Shown piece after piece: positions 23,141 to 36,874 of a stretch of 64,000 bases of DNA. The notes beneath the pieces were generated by a model. It searched no databases and was not told the DNA's origin. It saw nothing but the letters and a program-made list of their open reading frames with translations. Within the stretch, counting starts at the first letter, position 1, and each line of letters starts with the position of its first letter. This DNA comes from Leucoraja ocellata (lineage: Eukaryota): contig JAWMAR010000008.1 in assembly GCA_036785375.1 (NCBI GenBank), forward strand, positions 806,001-870,000. The letters are read 5' to 3'. The position numbers and the translations under genes are program-made.

Positions 23141-23428
23141 CGTACAGTGGCACAGCAGACGAGTTGTTGTCTTTCAGCTCCAGAGGCCTGGGTTTAAATC
23201 TGACTACGGGTGCTGTCTGTATGGAGTTTGGCCTGTGACCGTGTGTGCTTTTTCCCAGGTGCTCTGGTTTCCTCCCACATTTCAGACATGCAACTTGGCA
23301 GGTTAATTGGCTTCTGTAAATTGTCCCCAGTGCGTAGGATAGAGCTGGTGTACAGGTGACCGTCGGTTGCCGTGGACCCAGTGGGCTGAAGGGCCTGTTG
23401 CCAAACTGTATCCCTAAACCAAACTAAA
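23141..23428 (+). mobile_element. HE1/V-SINE-like SINE
   Basis: tRNA-like head, V-domain-like gggtgctgtctgtatggagtttg...ctcccaca, tail gaagggcctg...(aaact)n. Confidence 0.8.
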
Positions 23429-24461
23429 CGTGTGGGTGCAGGTCACTTCCTTCGGGATCTGTTGCAATGATCACCTGGTGGATCATTGATCTCTTGTTTG
23501 ACCTCCAGTAACAACTATATTTCTTTACACTAATAATGATTCCAATTGGTGAAGATTTTCATCTCGGTTCCTACAGATTTAATTTTTCCTGTCTCATTCA
23601 TGTCAATGACAGACACTCTCACCCAGTTTCTAGAAGTCATATTTTTTGACTGCTTGGAAAAAGGCTGTAATGAGATAAAACCAGATGAATGGTGACAAAT
23701 GTCATGTGGAGGCGCCTATGATGATTAATTTCAGCACTATGATGTTTGGTTTGACAGGATGATAATTGCCCACATTGGATTCATCCTGCTTTGATGGACA
23801 GGCCACACTGGGCAATTTTTCACTTTATCAAGTAAATTTGAGTGTTCCAGCTTGATTTGTGCCTGGTTCAAGGCCACAAGCCTTCAGCACTACGATGATG
23901 TAGGTCCGATGGCTTTTGCCAGGTAGAGAGCACGCAGCATTTTATTAATGTCATGTGAGGTGAATGATATGGATTCACACTGTAGTGTAGGTTTAAGAAG
24001 GATAATTTACTTGGCACATTGGCCTGGTTTCAAATGCTTCCGTCTGATCTTGTGCAAAAACAACTGGACTTCAATGTCAGGGAGGACAGGGATGTTTTGC
24101 AGTCTTAGTCGTTTAATGTTCCACTACTCTTTATCACCACATGACAGTGGATGGACCATTTTGACTTAATATGCTGGTCATGGGATCACTTACCTCTGTC
24201 TGCAAAACGCAGCTTCAACATGTCGACATCTTGTCTGCTTGATACTCACTCAGCGTACTCTCCTACATTTCTATTTGAACTAGAGATTTGTCCCCAGTCT
24301 AAATTGTAATGGCAGGATGAGATGGAAATTGGAGAGGACATTTAGTACTGTTGCAGATGGCTACTAGTGCCTCACCCACCCAACTGATAATTGGGGAGCC
24401 ATTTGATCTTAGGCCAGACTACTAAGCATGTTAGGCAAGGTGGAGACTGCCTTCAATGTGA

Positions 24462-25075
24462 AGTGTGTAGAAAGGAACTGCAGATGCTGGTTTAAACCAA
24501 AGATAGACACAAAAAGCTGGAGCAACTCAGTGGGATAGATAGCATCTCTGGAGAGAAGGAATGGGTGACTTTTCGGGTCGAGACCCTTCTTCAGACTGGT
24601 TAGGGATAAGGGAAACGAGAGATATAGATGATGATGTGGAGAGATAAAGAACAATGAATAAAATATATGCAAAAAACTAACAATGATAAAGGAAACTGGC
24701 CATTGTTAGCTGTTTGTTGGGTGAAAACGAGAAGCTGGTGTGACTTGGGTGGGGGAGGGATAGAGAGAGAGGGAATGCTGGGTCTACCTGAAGTGAGAGA
24801 AATCAATATTCATACCATAAGCTGCCCAAGCGAAATATGAGATGCTGTTCCTCCAATTTGCTTTGGCTGTACGTTCAGAGGGGGTGAGGTTAGAATAGGT
24901 AACGGGAGTGGAGAAATTGAGATGTTTGATTTAATGGCGGCAGTTAGAAATAAAGAGGTCTAGAGAGGGTAGAAGGCCATTCTGGGGAGTCCAAGAGGAG
25001 GGGGACTGGTGGAGATGGGAGAAGATGTCATCACTGGGTGCTGAAGACTCCTTACCATAGAAAAAGGCTATTGAA
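24462..25075 (-). mobile_element. Internally deleted Penelope-like element with pseudo-LTR
   Basis: Reverse strand encodes AFFYGKE...SSWTPQNGLLPSLDLFISNCR (PLE N-terminal motif) and KLEEQHLIFRLGSL/GMNIDFSHFR* (GIY-YIG C-terminus). The 3' UTR has a hammerhead-like core at 24567-24594 and the arm sequence of the palindromic repeats. Confidence 0.8.
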
Positions 25076-26687
25076 GACAGACTTGAAAAGAACTGTGTGG
25101 TCAATCCTACCAATGCTCACAGGCCAGTGTATCTGCGGCTGATATATTAGTGACAAAATGTTTGTGAGACTTGGTGGAGGCTAGGTTGAACTTTGAGGGC
25201 TCCTGGATCTGGCCTTAACTGTGTCCTCATAATGGTGATTCAGCCTCGTAGCTGGGCTGGAGTTACCCACAAACCAAATGCAGGAGCCTGGAACTTTGGC
25301 TGAATTGAATGATTCTGCACATCTGACCATGGCAGGCTGTCGTTCCACCAGTTTGTGGGATAGCTTTTTTGATTTAGATAAGATGCCCAAATGTTTCTGG
25401 GAGTTTCCATGGGTTGAGTTTGCCTTAGTGCCCAAAATCAGTGTCTAGGCTGATGACGAGTGGTACAATCTGTTTTTTTCCCCTGATATTTGTGACCATG
25501 AGATTTAAACAGCGGAGTAGTTTGCTTGCCCATTTTCAGAGGGCTGTCACATTACTGGAATCACATTTAGGTCATAGCAGTTGCGGATAGATATATTTTC
25601 CTACAAATACGTTAGTGACTCATAAGTTTAAAAAAAAATTACAAACCAATAGCTGCTTTGACACTATTAATGATATGAACTTTTTAAATCCAGGTTACAG
25701 GATTGTATTTTTCAAGATTTCATCCAGGCTTGGAGCAGTGCGGGCAGTTTAGGTGCCTGAAATGCAGCTTAGATTCATTCCTGGGGTGACTTGATTATCC
25801 TATAAGGGATTAACATTGGCCTGTACTAATTGGAGTTTAGAAGAATAAGAGATATGTCATGGAACCGGGATTGCTGCAGGATTCTGGCAGGATGAATGTT
25901 GAGAGGCTCCCTCTTGTTGGAGATTTCAGTGTTGACACATGAGAAGGGATTGACAATTGGTGTTGATAAGCAGTGGCTTTGAGATTCTTGCCCAGAGAGC
26001 TGTAATTGCTCTTTGAGATCAAAAGATTTGCCCACACCAAGGGATCAAGAGGATATGGAGATTGAACAGAAAACCGGACAACAAAAGGTCAGTCATGATC
26101 GTATCGAGTGACAGAACAGGCTCAGATCTCTAAGTGGGTTATTTCAACTACATATTTAGGTTCTGGGTTACTGGACTATTAACATAAACCCCATGCCTCC
26201 ATTTATCTTTGTACTCTCCCTACATCTCTTAACGCTCCAGGCTGGCAAGGTCAAATATGCATGTGTTTAATTTACAGTAGTCCAATGTCCATGGAGTGAA
26301 TTTACCAGAGGTATAATATTATATGTAGAAAAATGAATGAAGCTAATACTCGCTCAATTTACTCGCATGGGACCAAGTAAAATAATAAATAAAATGAATC
26401 AAATTAAAGCCAAAATGTAAAAAAAATGTTTCAGTCCCATCAGCCCTAAACACTAACTCGCATTGAGTCTATTCACTGTTTATTACTGGCCTGTTGGACT
26501 TGAGTGGTTTTTGCTGATTTCACTTTGAAGCAACCTTGTGGCTGGAGAATATCAGATTCATTACTGAGTCTGGAAATAGACTCAAATGATTGAACGCGGC
26601 TTTGAAAACTTCTCACACAAAAAAAAATGCTTGCTTTCAAAGCCGAGTGGGAGAAAGTATGGATTATTTACAGTAATGATTTTTACT

Positions 26688-27390
26688 GAGTGCTAAACAC
26701 CTGTGCGGGCAAATTGGCTGGAGAATTCAAGGTCATCCTCAGCCTATTGCCTCTGCCTTCCGAGGTTCCCACCTGCTTCAAAAGGGCGTCTATCAAATCG
26801 TTGCCGAACAAGAGCATGGTGTCCTGCCTCGTTGACTACTGTCCGGTAGGAATTACATCCACCATAATGAAGAGGTTGGTTACAGCGCAAATTAACTCTT
26901 GCCTAAGACACCACAAGTCAACAGCAGATGCTATTTCACTGTCTCTCTACGATGCTCTGGACCATCTGGAAAACTGAAACACAATCGTTGGGTTGTTGTT
27001 CAGTGACCAGTTTGGAGTTCAACATCAACATCATTCCCTCCAAATACATCATTAAGCTCCAAGACCTAAGTTTCTGTACCTCCTTTGCAACTGGATCCGT
27101 GACTTCCTCATTGGCAAACCTCAATCAGTGCAGATCAGTAACAACATCTCCTACTCACTAACCATCAATACAGATGCACCTCAAGGCTGCTTGCTTAGTC
27201 CCCTGTTCTACTCTCTTTCTTGGCTAAGAACTGCAGCCAAAGCCATCTATAAATTCACTGATGACACCACTGTTGATGGCCGTATCACAGGTGGAGATAA
27301 GTTAACATAAAGGAGAACCACAAAACACCTGATTAAACAAGAACCTCTTGCTCAATACCAACAAAACCAAGGAACTGATCATTGACTCAT
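26688..27390 (+). mobile_element. Degraded Rex1/Babar-like LINE RT fragment
   Basis: ORFs show EVPTCFKRASI...DYCPVGITSTIMK, STADAIS, APQGCLLSPLFYSL, YKFTDDTTVDG. Confidence 0.85.
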
Positions 27391-27416
27391 TAAATGGCCA
27401 ACCACTTTGTCACAAC

Positions 27417-27580
27417 TTAGTTTAGTTTAGTTTGGAGATAGAGCATGGAGCACCCAGGGAAAACCCACACAGGTCACAGGGAGAACTTTCAAACTCCTTA
27501 GAGACAGCATCCGTAGTCAGGCCCGAACCCGGATCTCTGGCGCAGTAAGGCAGCAACTTCACTGCTGCACCTCTGTGCTG
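27417..27580 (-). mobile_element. HE1-like SINE (deleted)
   Basis: (ttagt)n tail on +, B box gggttcgggcctgactacgg on -. Confidence 0.7.
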
Positions 27581-27798
27581 GCCGTGTGAGATGGTTAAAT
27601 GGTAGAATTCCTTGCTTTAGCCCAGCATGCTGCTTTTTCTCCCCTTTGTTCATCACTTATTATCTTTTTATTTTGCAAAACATTCCACAACGCAATGATT
27701 TTGCTGGAAAGTAATGGAATGAATTTCAGCCTGCTCAGTAGAAATAGTATCAGAGTTACAGAGAGCTACAGAGAAAACACACCACATACTGTACTTAC

Positions 27799-27872
27799 CC
27801 CTGATGTGAAGATAGCAGGATTCCCACTCTCCAGCATGTCTTCCAGCTCCTCATTTGTGGTCGTTCTTCCAG
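27799..27872 (-). CDS. STX1A: Syntaxin-1A-like coding exon (exon 7 equivalent, linker): (T)[24 protein letters not shown]
   Basis: Acceptor ttattctag, donor GGG|gtaagt. 74 bp, phase 1 to 0. Contains the linker [15 protein letters not shown] with the L165/E166 equivalent. Confidence 0.95.
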
Positions 27873-28880
27873 CTAGAATAAATAAATTTAAAAAAACAAC
27901 CTTAAGTTATGTTTATAGGATGAAATAGTATGTTTACTATTCAACACTAGTACATAAATATCATAAATTCACAATGTTTGCATGTTCAGTGCATTATGCA
28001 ATCTCTTACACTGCTGAAAACCAGCTACAAGTGTTGGTCAAAATGGCTTTATCAAAATGTACTTATGATAATTGCTCATTTCTGAGCTTCCCCTCAGTCT
28101 AGTTTCAGTAAAAGTACTGAATCAAGCACTTGAAATGACTAAAGTTTATTTTACCAAAAGCGCGTCACAGATCAAACACTGTTCCTATCCCCACCGCGGG
28201 TTCAATCCTTGCTTCTGTCTGTTCAAGTCCTCTAGGCCTCACGCAGACAGTGTAGTGGCCAATTGGCTTGTTTTGCATGTCATTGATGGCATGTGCCTTT
28301 AAATTTTAGACTGCCCATTATAGTGTGGGTGGGATTTATGACATGTTTTTGGGCGTGCTTGGAGCTAAGATGCTTGCGCAGAAGTTGATGAAGTCAACTG
28401 TTGAAACATTCACCCTGATTTACAGAGCTTTCAGACAAGGCTTAACACATCATCCAATAAACATCCAGCAGAGTCAGATTCTGCAACATTATATACAACC
28501 TATTTACAAAATGTAATCTAGTTTGTAACCACCCAATCCATTCTGTGCATTTGGTATGACAAGGCTTGCAGGTTCACTGTCCTTTTGCATATGAATTATA
28601 TCTAAGCTCCAGACTCTCTGGCACCTGTCCCATCTCTGCAGAGATTCCCAATTTGACCAAATCTCCCAGGAAGCCCCGAAACGTAACCCCATTTTGAAGT
28701 CCTGACTGGTCCAATTTAGTCAGGATTAACACTTATTCATCCGGATGGCATGAGCATCATGAGAAAAATTCCTAATTGCCCATGAACTGAGCTGTCTGTT
28801 ATTTCAGTGAGCAGTTGAGACTCAAGCATATTGTTGTGTTTGGGGTGACAGATAGGGAAGACCATTTAAGGATTACTGAA

Positions 28881-29095
28881 TGTAGAAACAAGAAATTCAG
28901 ATACTGGTTAACACAAAAGGACACAAAGTGTTGGAATAATTCAGCGGGTCAGGCAGCATCTCTGGTGTACATGGATAGGTGACGTTTCAGGTTTTTTAGA
29001 CTGAATCTGAAAAAGGGTCCCGAACCGAAATGTCACCTATCCATGTTCTCCAGAGATGCTGCCTAACCCACTAAATTACTCCGGCACTTTGTCCC
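28881..29095. repeat. Penelope-derived palindromic repeat
   Basis: Inverted arms around ctgaaaaagggtcccgaaccgaaatgtc. Confidence 0.7.
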
Positions 29096-30449
29096 CTAAT
29101 GTCTGACTATTTCTCTGAAGAACAATGAATAATATGTTTTTTAAGACGATCTAAGAATTTCTTTATCTTCATTACTGATAATAGCTATTTATTGTATATT
29201 TATTTGCATGTCTGAATTTGAATTCTTCAAACCCCATGGAGGATTTAAACATGAAATTTGGATCAGTAAGGAAGCTGCCTGATTAGATTGTGTACTGGTG
29301 ATGGTTGTTTGGTGTGTATTTTACAGCTTCCGTTAGAGGATAAAGTTATTAGAGTTGTTTGAGAGCCAGCAGGGAGGTGGGTGCGTGGTTTTAATCTCTT
29401 CCATGATTAGATTCACAAAAGTGGAGCTTGTTGTTCACCTCCATATGAGTTTTATCAAACTAATATATTTGAGCTTTAAAAATGAATACAAATTGTATTT
29501 AAATGATTATTAGAGGAGTTCATAGGAGAGTTATGTTCTTAGGAGACTTATGATTCTCCAATAACACACATCTTCTATGTAAATAATGAACAATTGGTTC
29601 TGAAGTGTCTCACTCCCCCAGGTAGTAAATTCTTAGAATATTTTAAAAAGTAATATATATGGATCAAAAGTACTCTTTTTCTCCTCTATCTTAATCACTC
29701 TATTTCTCTTTCATCCTAAATCTCATTTATGAAACACACTTGGTCTTTGTATACAGTCCCAGAGGTCCCAATGCTCCATTATCAGTCTGCACTTCGAGCA
29801 AGTTAAGAACGTAAGAATATTGATAACGTAAGTGGAAAGAGAACATAGAGCCCATTGATCCTGTTCCATCATTAAAAACGGCAAGACAGATCTCATCTTT
29901 GGTTTATCCCTTTCTGATCTTCATATCTGTTGTTATCCAACAGTCCAAAAATCGAATCAGAAATACTTTGGGTAGATAAAATAACTCAGACACATCTTGG
30001 AAAAATAATTCCAGAGGTTGGCAACCTTAGAGCCATTGAGAGCTACAGCATAGAAAAAGGTCCTTCCGCCAACTGAGTCCATGACAACCATCAACTACCC
30101 ACTTACACTAATCCCACATTAATCCCTTTCTCCACACATTCCAACACTCACTTGCACATTAGAGGAAAATTCACTGTGGCCAATTAATCTCCCAACCAGC
30201 ACAACTCTGGAATGTGGGAGGAAACCTTCCAAGAAGATTCTTCCTTGCGTTGGTACAAACCGTTTCTGAGCAGTAGGGCAAGGAAACTGACCTGTTACAC
30301 AGGGCCTGCTGCAGGAGGCTCCACCCCAGCAAATATTGGGCCACAGTTAAATGCACAGCTCTGCATGAAAAGCAGGCGGTGCACAAAGCAATGTTATTCT
30401 GAGTCACAGCACCACAGCCACGTCCTTAGTGTGGTAGCTGGTGATCAGA

Positions 30450-31165
30450 TAGGTCAAGAGTCAAGTGTGTTTAAATGTCATATGTACTGACAACGGAACA
30501 ATTAAACCCTTACATGAAGCAGCTTAGCAGGCCTGTAAAAGCAATAATATGTAATAACCAACAAATTCAATAAATTAATAATCTTAATATTACATAACCA
30601 TAACAGTGCCAAAACCGAACTCTGTAGTGCAATCAAAGACACAGTCCATAGAAGGTCATGGCTTAGAAACAAGGAAGTGCAGAAGCTGGTTTATACATGA
30701 AGAGATACAGTGCTGGAGTAAGTCAGCAGGTCAGGTGGCATCCCTGGAGAACATGGATAGATGACGATGTGGGTCGAGTCCCTTCTTCACCATTCTTCTC
30801 CCTCCCCCACCCCGTACAATCAGCCTGAGGAAGGGGCTCGACCTGAAACATTACATATACATGTGCTCCAGGGATACTGCCTGATCTGCTGAGTCACTGC
30901 AGTACTATGTGTCCTGAAGGTCACAGTTGCTGAGATTAATATTGCGTAGTGTTCAAGAGCCTGATGGTTGATGGGAAGAAGCTATTCTTGAACCTGCTGG
31001 TCATGGTTATCGAGCTCCTGTATCTTCTTCCCAAAGGTAGAAGCTAAATGAGAGCATGGCGTGGGTCTTTGATGATAATGACTGCCTTTTTGAGACAGCT
31101 TTCACCATTCTTTATAATCTTCATTCCTAGCCATTCGAGTTGCCGAACCAGGCCGCGATGCTACA
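30450..31165 (-). mobile_element. Rex1-like LINE 3' end with a nested Penelope-derived palindrome (30663-30915)
   Basis: Reverse strand: CLKKAVIIIKDP...RRYRSSITMTSRFKNSFFPSTIRLLN. Palindromic arms inside. Confidence 0.7.
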
Positions 31166-33742
31166 GTGGCAAGTCTAGTCTCTGATGGTAGGGTGTCAAC
31201 ATATTTTCTATCTATGGTCTGGTCATCTTCAGTGCTGATTCAATCATGCAGCGAGGGCATTATACTGCTTGGCCTACAGTAAAATTTGAATGCACAGTTA
31301 GAGTCCGCAGAGCAGTTCATTCACCAGTTTTCAGAAATCCATTATTGGATTGAAAAGGCTGTTCGCTTGGAATGATAATTTATTTCACAAATTGAATACT
31401 CTCCTGGTGACCAAACTAACATTGGCTTTCTAATTACTAATTTAAGCTTGCTCTATTTTGAGTTAGTGTTGAAAATTCTATTTATAAAGATGTGAAAGCT
31501 ATAATTATGCTATTTCAAACCTCTCACCCATGGAAATCAATGGCTTTAGCCTTTCCACATCACCTGGAATTCTTGGCAATTTATGTTTTGCCCTTTCTCC
31601 AGGGAAATGCAACAGTTGCTGCATGTAATCAGGTTACCTGGCGCCCTTTGCTGACAATTAAGTTTAATGAATCAAAAACATCGATCCAGTATAACTTCTG
31701 GTCTCTGCCAAATGTGCGCCTATTGACACACATTGTGGAACACAGATGCTCTCCCCCACCAATCCAGTTCCTTTCCCTCATCAACTAAACTGGAAGTGCT
31801 GGATTGAATATGAAGTGGAAAAGATTTTATTATTTGGATAGGGGATCTGCCAAATTGATTGAAACAAAATATAACAGAAGTATAAGTTTCAAATCATAAT
31901 TAATGAGCAAAACATTTGTGATTGGCAGTTATGAAATGAATATGAAGCATGAAAGTTGCCCTTTTGAAAGTCGGGCACTGAAGAGAAAACTAATGCAGAT
32001 TTATATTCTCACTCCCAATAGCATCAACCATTGTGTTCCAGTATTAAAGTGGCAGTATACCAATACTAAAATGATGGTGTATGATTTTACAAAATAGGAT
32101 TTCCAGTCAGAGAGCAAGGCGTGCCAACAAATTATTTGTATAAAATTAGACCTGATCTTTGTTTGAGCTCCTGGCAGGCGTACAGAATAATAACTCCTGT
32201 CCAGCAGCGGTAAAAAGCATTTCTCTTTGTTGTGCATGACACGGCAAACAGACTATTGTGGCCAAAATAGTCCTTAGCAACCTCAGCACAGACATGGTGG
32301 GTCAAAGGGCCTTTTCCTCTGCTGAACTGTTCTAATCTTTAACAATACACAGACACAGACTTTGATCATGAATTCACGTAAACATATGCACACAAACACC
32401 AATTCACATGCACCGACTGATTCACACATTGGACCTGCAGTGGGAATACCATAAAATAAAAGCCAAATGACTCTGTTGAATAATAACACGAAAGATAGGT
32501 TTTGTCCAAGTTTCAGATTTCTTGCAGAAGCTTAACATATTTTCATACAACAGAAAACGAATCCCCAAGCAACCACACCCATCCCAATCCCTATTAATTT
32601 CCCTGCTACTAATTTCCTCTCCCACATACCCATGGATTCTCCATCCACCTACTTGAGTGTTAGTTTACAGAAGCCAATTAACGTACCAACCAGCATTGTT
32701 TTTGGTGGTGGAAGGAAAGGACTCAAGGGAAACTCATAGTCAGATAAACTCCATACAGATGGCCCCAACATTTGGGTCCACAAGAGCAACATGGCAGCAG
32801 GTCTATCCACTGCATCACTGTGGCATATTTAATATTAACTGTAAATGTATTGACATTAGGCAACTAGTCAAACCCCACCTCTCCAGCTGGAGAGCTTACT
32901 TTATCTGGTTTTGTGTAAAATTATTTGTTTCAAATCATTTCAGCTCCAATACAAATCATGTTAAACAGCAGGAAGCGCACTTATTAAAAAAATTCCTCTT
33001 CACCTCTCTTCGGGATTGGTGAAGCACAAACCATCGCTGCACATATTAAACCTGAGACATTTGCCCCAAATAAATTCCCCCTGCTTCAGTTCTAGACTAT
33101 AGAGCTGGTGCTCTCAGGCTACTTCAGAAACCAATTACAATGTTGGAGGTTTATTTATTTTTTCTCGAAGCACGATAATAACATTATGGCAGTCATGCAG
33201 CATAAACCAAATAGCTTAAAGTTTGAGAACTGAATCCACAGGGTGTTCGAATAATATCTCTCCACACTTGAACTCTTCTACTCATCTAAATACCTACCAG
33301 GCAAGTGGGTCTGGATGGAACTTCCAATCGTTTCTTCCGAAATCTTAGTCTTGTTTAATTTACTGTCATCACGCAAATCCTTTATTTCAATACCCTTCTC
33401 CACGTCTGTCTTCATTTTCTTATTGAGTTGCCACTTGCTAAGTGGAGTAAAGAACCAGGAAGATGACATTTCCAGTGGTATTTGAAGGGAGAACTACTGG
33501 TGGGATAAGTATACCCTTAAAGTGTGTTCTGTATCTCTGCCGAGGATCTGGATCATTTTTTTTTTTTAAACCACACCCTCTAACGCGAGAAATGACAATA
33601 GGGCAAGGGCAGGTCAGATTACAATATGCAGATCAACTGGAAAAATACTGGAAATATGCTGGGGTTAAAAAAAAACCCAAGGAAACACAAGAACAATCAT
33701 GCCCTTGACAATCCATTATAAGAAAGGGGGAATCCAGAGACC

Positions 33743-34040
33743 GGCGGCATGGTGGCGCAGCGATAGAGTTGCTGCCTTACTGCACTTGCAGCACCGGACA
33801 CCTGGGTTCGATCCCGACTACAGGCACTGTCTGCATGGAGTTTGAATGATCTCCCCATGACCTCGTGGCTTTTCTCCCACACTCTAAAGATGTACAGGCA
33901 TGTAGGTAAATTGGCTTGGTATAAGTGCAAAATTATTCCTATGTGTGTAGGGTAGTGTTAATGTGTGGGGACCGTTGGTTGGTGTGGACTCGGTGGGCCG
34001 AAGGGCCTGTTTTCTTGCTGTATCTCTAAACTAAACTAAA
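33743..34040 (+). mobile_element. Full-length HE1/V-SINE-like tRNA-derived SINE
   Basis: A box tggcgcagcgatag, B box ggttcgatccc, central domain, CR1-like tail ggccgaagggcctgttt...tatctct(aaact)n. Confidence 0.88.
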
Positions 34041-34894
34041 GACTGAACGGAACCAAGTAGAATTATAGAGTGAACCTTAATGGTCCGTGCTGCCACGTGG
34101 GTCCATTGTACCTGTGGTGGATTTCTTTCAGCCTGTCACAGTACCAGTTAAACCAACAGGTTTATCTAGAAATCGACAAGACCTGGGGACTTAAGCAGAC
34201 ATTAAGATAAAAACAAATTATTAATCACCTCACCCAAAATTTCCCATTCAAATACTCTCATGGACTTGCAAGAAAATACAGCCGGAGGTCACATTTGTGC
34301 AGAGGAATTGGAACAAGACTTCTTGAAAGCAGATCAAAAATAATTAAACTGTTGTCACTTCAGACAGCTTGGTCTGGGCAGAGGAGCAATCTGCTCTGTC
34401 TCATTTTACCCGACTGAAGTTTGCTGATGCTTGGTTTTGCTTCTTATTACTGCACGGCTCCAAGAGGGAAACAAATTAAAGTTATCACCCAAATGGATTA
34501 GTTCCCAGTGCATCTCAGACTTTGGCACGCTGATGTTAGGTGTTGTGGGCAGTGCAAGCTGGCGGCACAAAATCGCCACTGACCTGGTCGCTGAAGCCCA
34601 GTTGTGGTCCTGCCAGGATCACTCAGCTCCAGTCCAAACATGGACCAAAGAGCTGAATTCCAGAAGGAATTGAGTGCGACTCCAAAGGAACTTTTGACTG
34701 AACGTGGTATCAAATGTGGAAATTAATGCACATCGTAGGGAAAATACGTAGATGGCTGGAATTCATACATCATGCAAAGGCTGTGGTTTCAAGCTCAATC
34801 ATCTCAGCTTCAGAGCATTATTCCAGGTAGTCACAAATGCAAATTCTTGCTGATGACTGCATAAATGTGGGAAATATGGGAAAGATGTGATTAA

Positions 34895-35480
34895 GCTATT
34901 TAAAATTATAAGAGGCATGTAGACAGGGTAGTCGGCCAGTGGCTACTTCCCATGACAAGGGTGTCTAAAACTCGAGGGAATAGTTTTAAGGTAAGAGGGA
35001 GGGGATATATAGGGAGCTGAAGGGTGGGTTTTTCACATGGAGGAGTTGGTATCTGGAATGAGTTGGTGACAGAGGCAGCAACAACATTGAAGAGGTATCC
35101 TGACAGGTACTTGTGTAGGAAGGAACTGTAGATGCTGGTTTATGCCGAAGGAAGACACAATATGCTGGAGTAACTCAGCGGGTCAGCAGCATCTCTAGAG
35201 TCAAGGAATAGGTAACGTTTCGGATTGGTTCGCAGTCTGAAGAAGTGTTTCGACTTGAAACGCACCTAATCATTTTCTCTAGAAATGCTGCCTGACCTGC
35301 TGAGTTACTCCAGCATTTTGTGTCCATCCTGACAGGTACTTGACCGAGCAAGCCATAGAGGGATATTGAATGAATGCACACCAGTGGTATTGGCGTTGAA
35401 AAGCACAATGGTTGGTATAGACACAGTGGCTATTTCTGAAGAGACTAATTCTGTGCTGAACAAATCTATGACTGTATGAA
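34895..35480 (+). mobile_element. CR1 3' remnant with nested Penelope palindrome (35112-35325)
   Basis: The palindrome is flanked by a direct repeat (atcctgacaggtacttg at about 35097-35113 and 35326-35342) consistent with a TSD. Confidence 0.7.
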
Positions 35481-36469
35481 ACCATCGCAAGAAGACCTTT
35501 AGTCTGCCAAACGAGAACATAATTAAGTCTAGCAACCCAAACTGGCTCTGAAGGACCTGACTATGTGTCAGAGGTACAAGAGACTGCAGATGCTGGGATC
35601 TTAAGTAAAAATCTAACTGCCAGAGGAACGGGTAGACAATGAGAAGTGTCCTGACCCAAAACATCGCCTGTCCATTTCCCTCCATAGATGCTGCTTGACC
35701 TGCTAAGATCCTCCAGCAGTTTGCTTTTAGATCTGTAGAAATTAGGTTTTTGGGTTGCATGCCCATTTTAATGTAACATTTGAATTCAGGTTAGGATCAG
35801 GCCGCACCATACCAATGTGACTCAGCACTCAGAGGGCAAGATGATTTGCCTAGTTATTACTGCATGCATCAACTGTTACTCATCAAAATTTGGTGTTTCA
35901 CCTTGAAGCAGAGCATGTTTGAGTCTGTACATTTTATGACAATGGTAGGTTGGATTTAGAAAAAATTCAGAACACAGGCTCGAATACAGCTCTGGCTGAG
36001 TATCTGTGCAGACCACTGTAACACAGTAGAATATTTCTTGAAATATAGCACAGACAAATATGAAAATCCAGAGTGAGACAGGGACACTTATTTCATCAGT
36101 CCCTTGGCATTCCGAAACAATAAAGGATTATTCCATATTTATTCTAAAATCAATTTAATGAGCAATGACCTATCTAAAATAATGTAACTATTGCATTGGG
36201 ACCTTGCTGTCATGGTAGTGTGCAAATTAGTTGCCATATTTCACATATAGCAAAGAACTTATTTTGGCTTAAACACTGTAAGCAAGTTGGAAAATCTTAA
36301 AATGATGAAAGTTGCTACATAAGTTAAGCTCTATTTTTGTTTGAGTAGAGGAACTGAATTGCAGGGAAAATAATATTTTGAATTATCCATTAAAACCTCT
36401 GTAGAGGCTCAGCCACTGGGTATATTCAAGAAAGAGGTTAATAAATGTTTGGTTATTAAGGGAAGGATT

Positions 36470-36874
36470 TCCCGAGGTGCTAAGCGACCGTGGTTCACGC
36501 CCAAAAACTCGTTGGTCGGCGGGACTTCGCCCGAAGGCTCGGTGGCTGATGTGACTGGGAACGTGACCAAAGGCTCTTTGTAACCAGGAGGGAGCTGGAG
36601 ACGTCGGGCACTAGGAGTGGGCCGGTAGGAGGTTAAACCGGGTATTACTTCCAGCGTCTTCAAGGTCAGCTGCAGGAGGTGCCCCAGGGACACAAAGATG
36701 GCCAGGCGAGGACAGGAGAAGGATGTCGGTTTGCGGGGACTTTTCCAGTACATCGAGTGCGTGGGCTGACCGGATTGTGGATTTTGAATAACGGCGCCAA
36801 AAATGGCGGCGCCTGCAAGCGTAATAGATGCAAAACGAATTTCGCTGTGCAGTTGCATCTGAGACAAATAAAGC
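36470..36874 (+). mobile_element. CpG-rich retroposon insertion with LINE-like 3' tail
   Basis: Flanked by AGGATT direct repeats (36464-36469, 36875-36880) inside a CR1 3' remnant. Ends gaatttcgctgtg...gacaaataaag. Confidence 0.55.

Noticed and set aside
33743-33820. tRNA-like A/B boxes
   Set aside because: Head of a SINE with no cloverleaf; not a tRNA gene. The same applies to the other copies.
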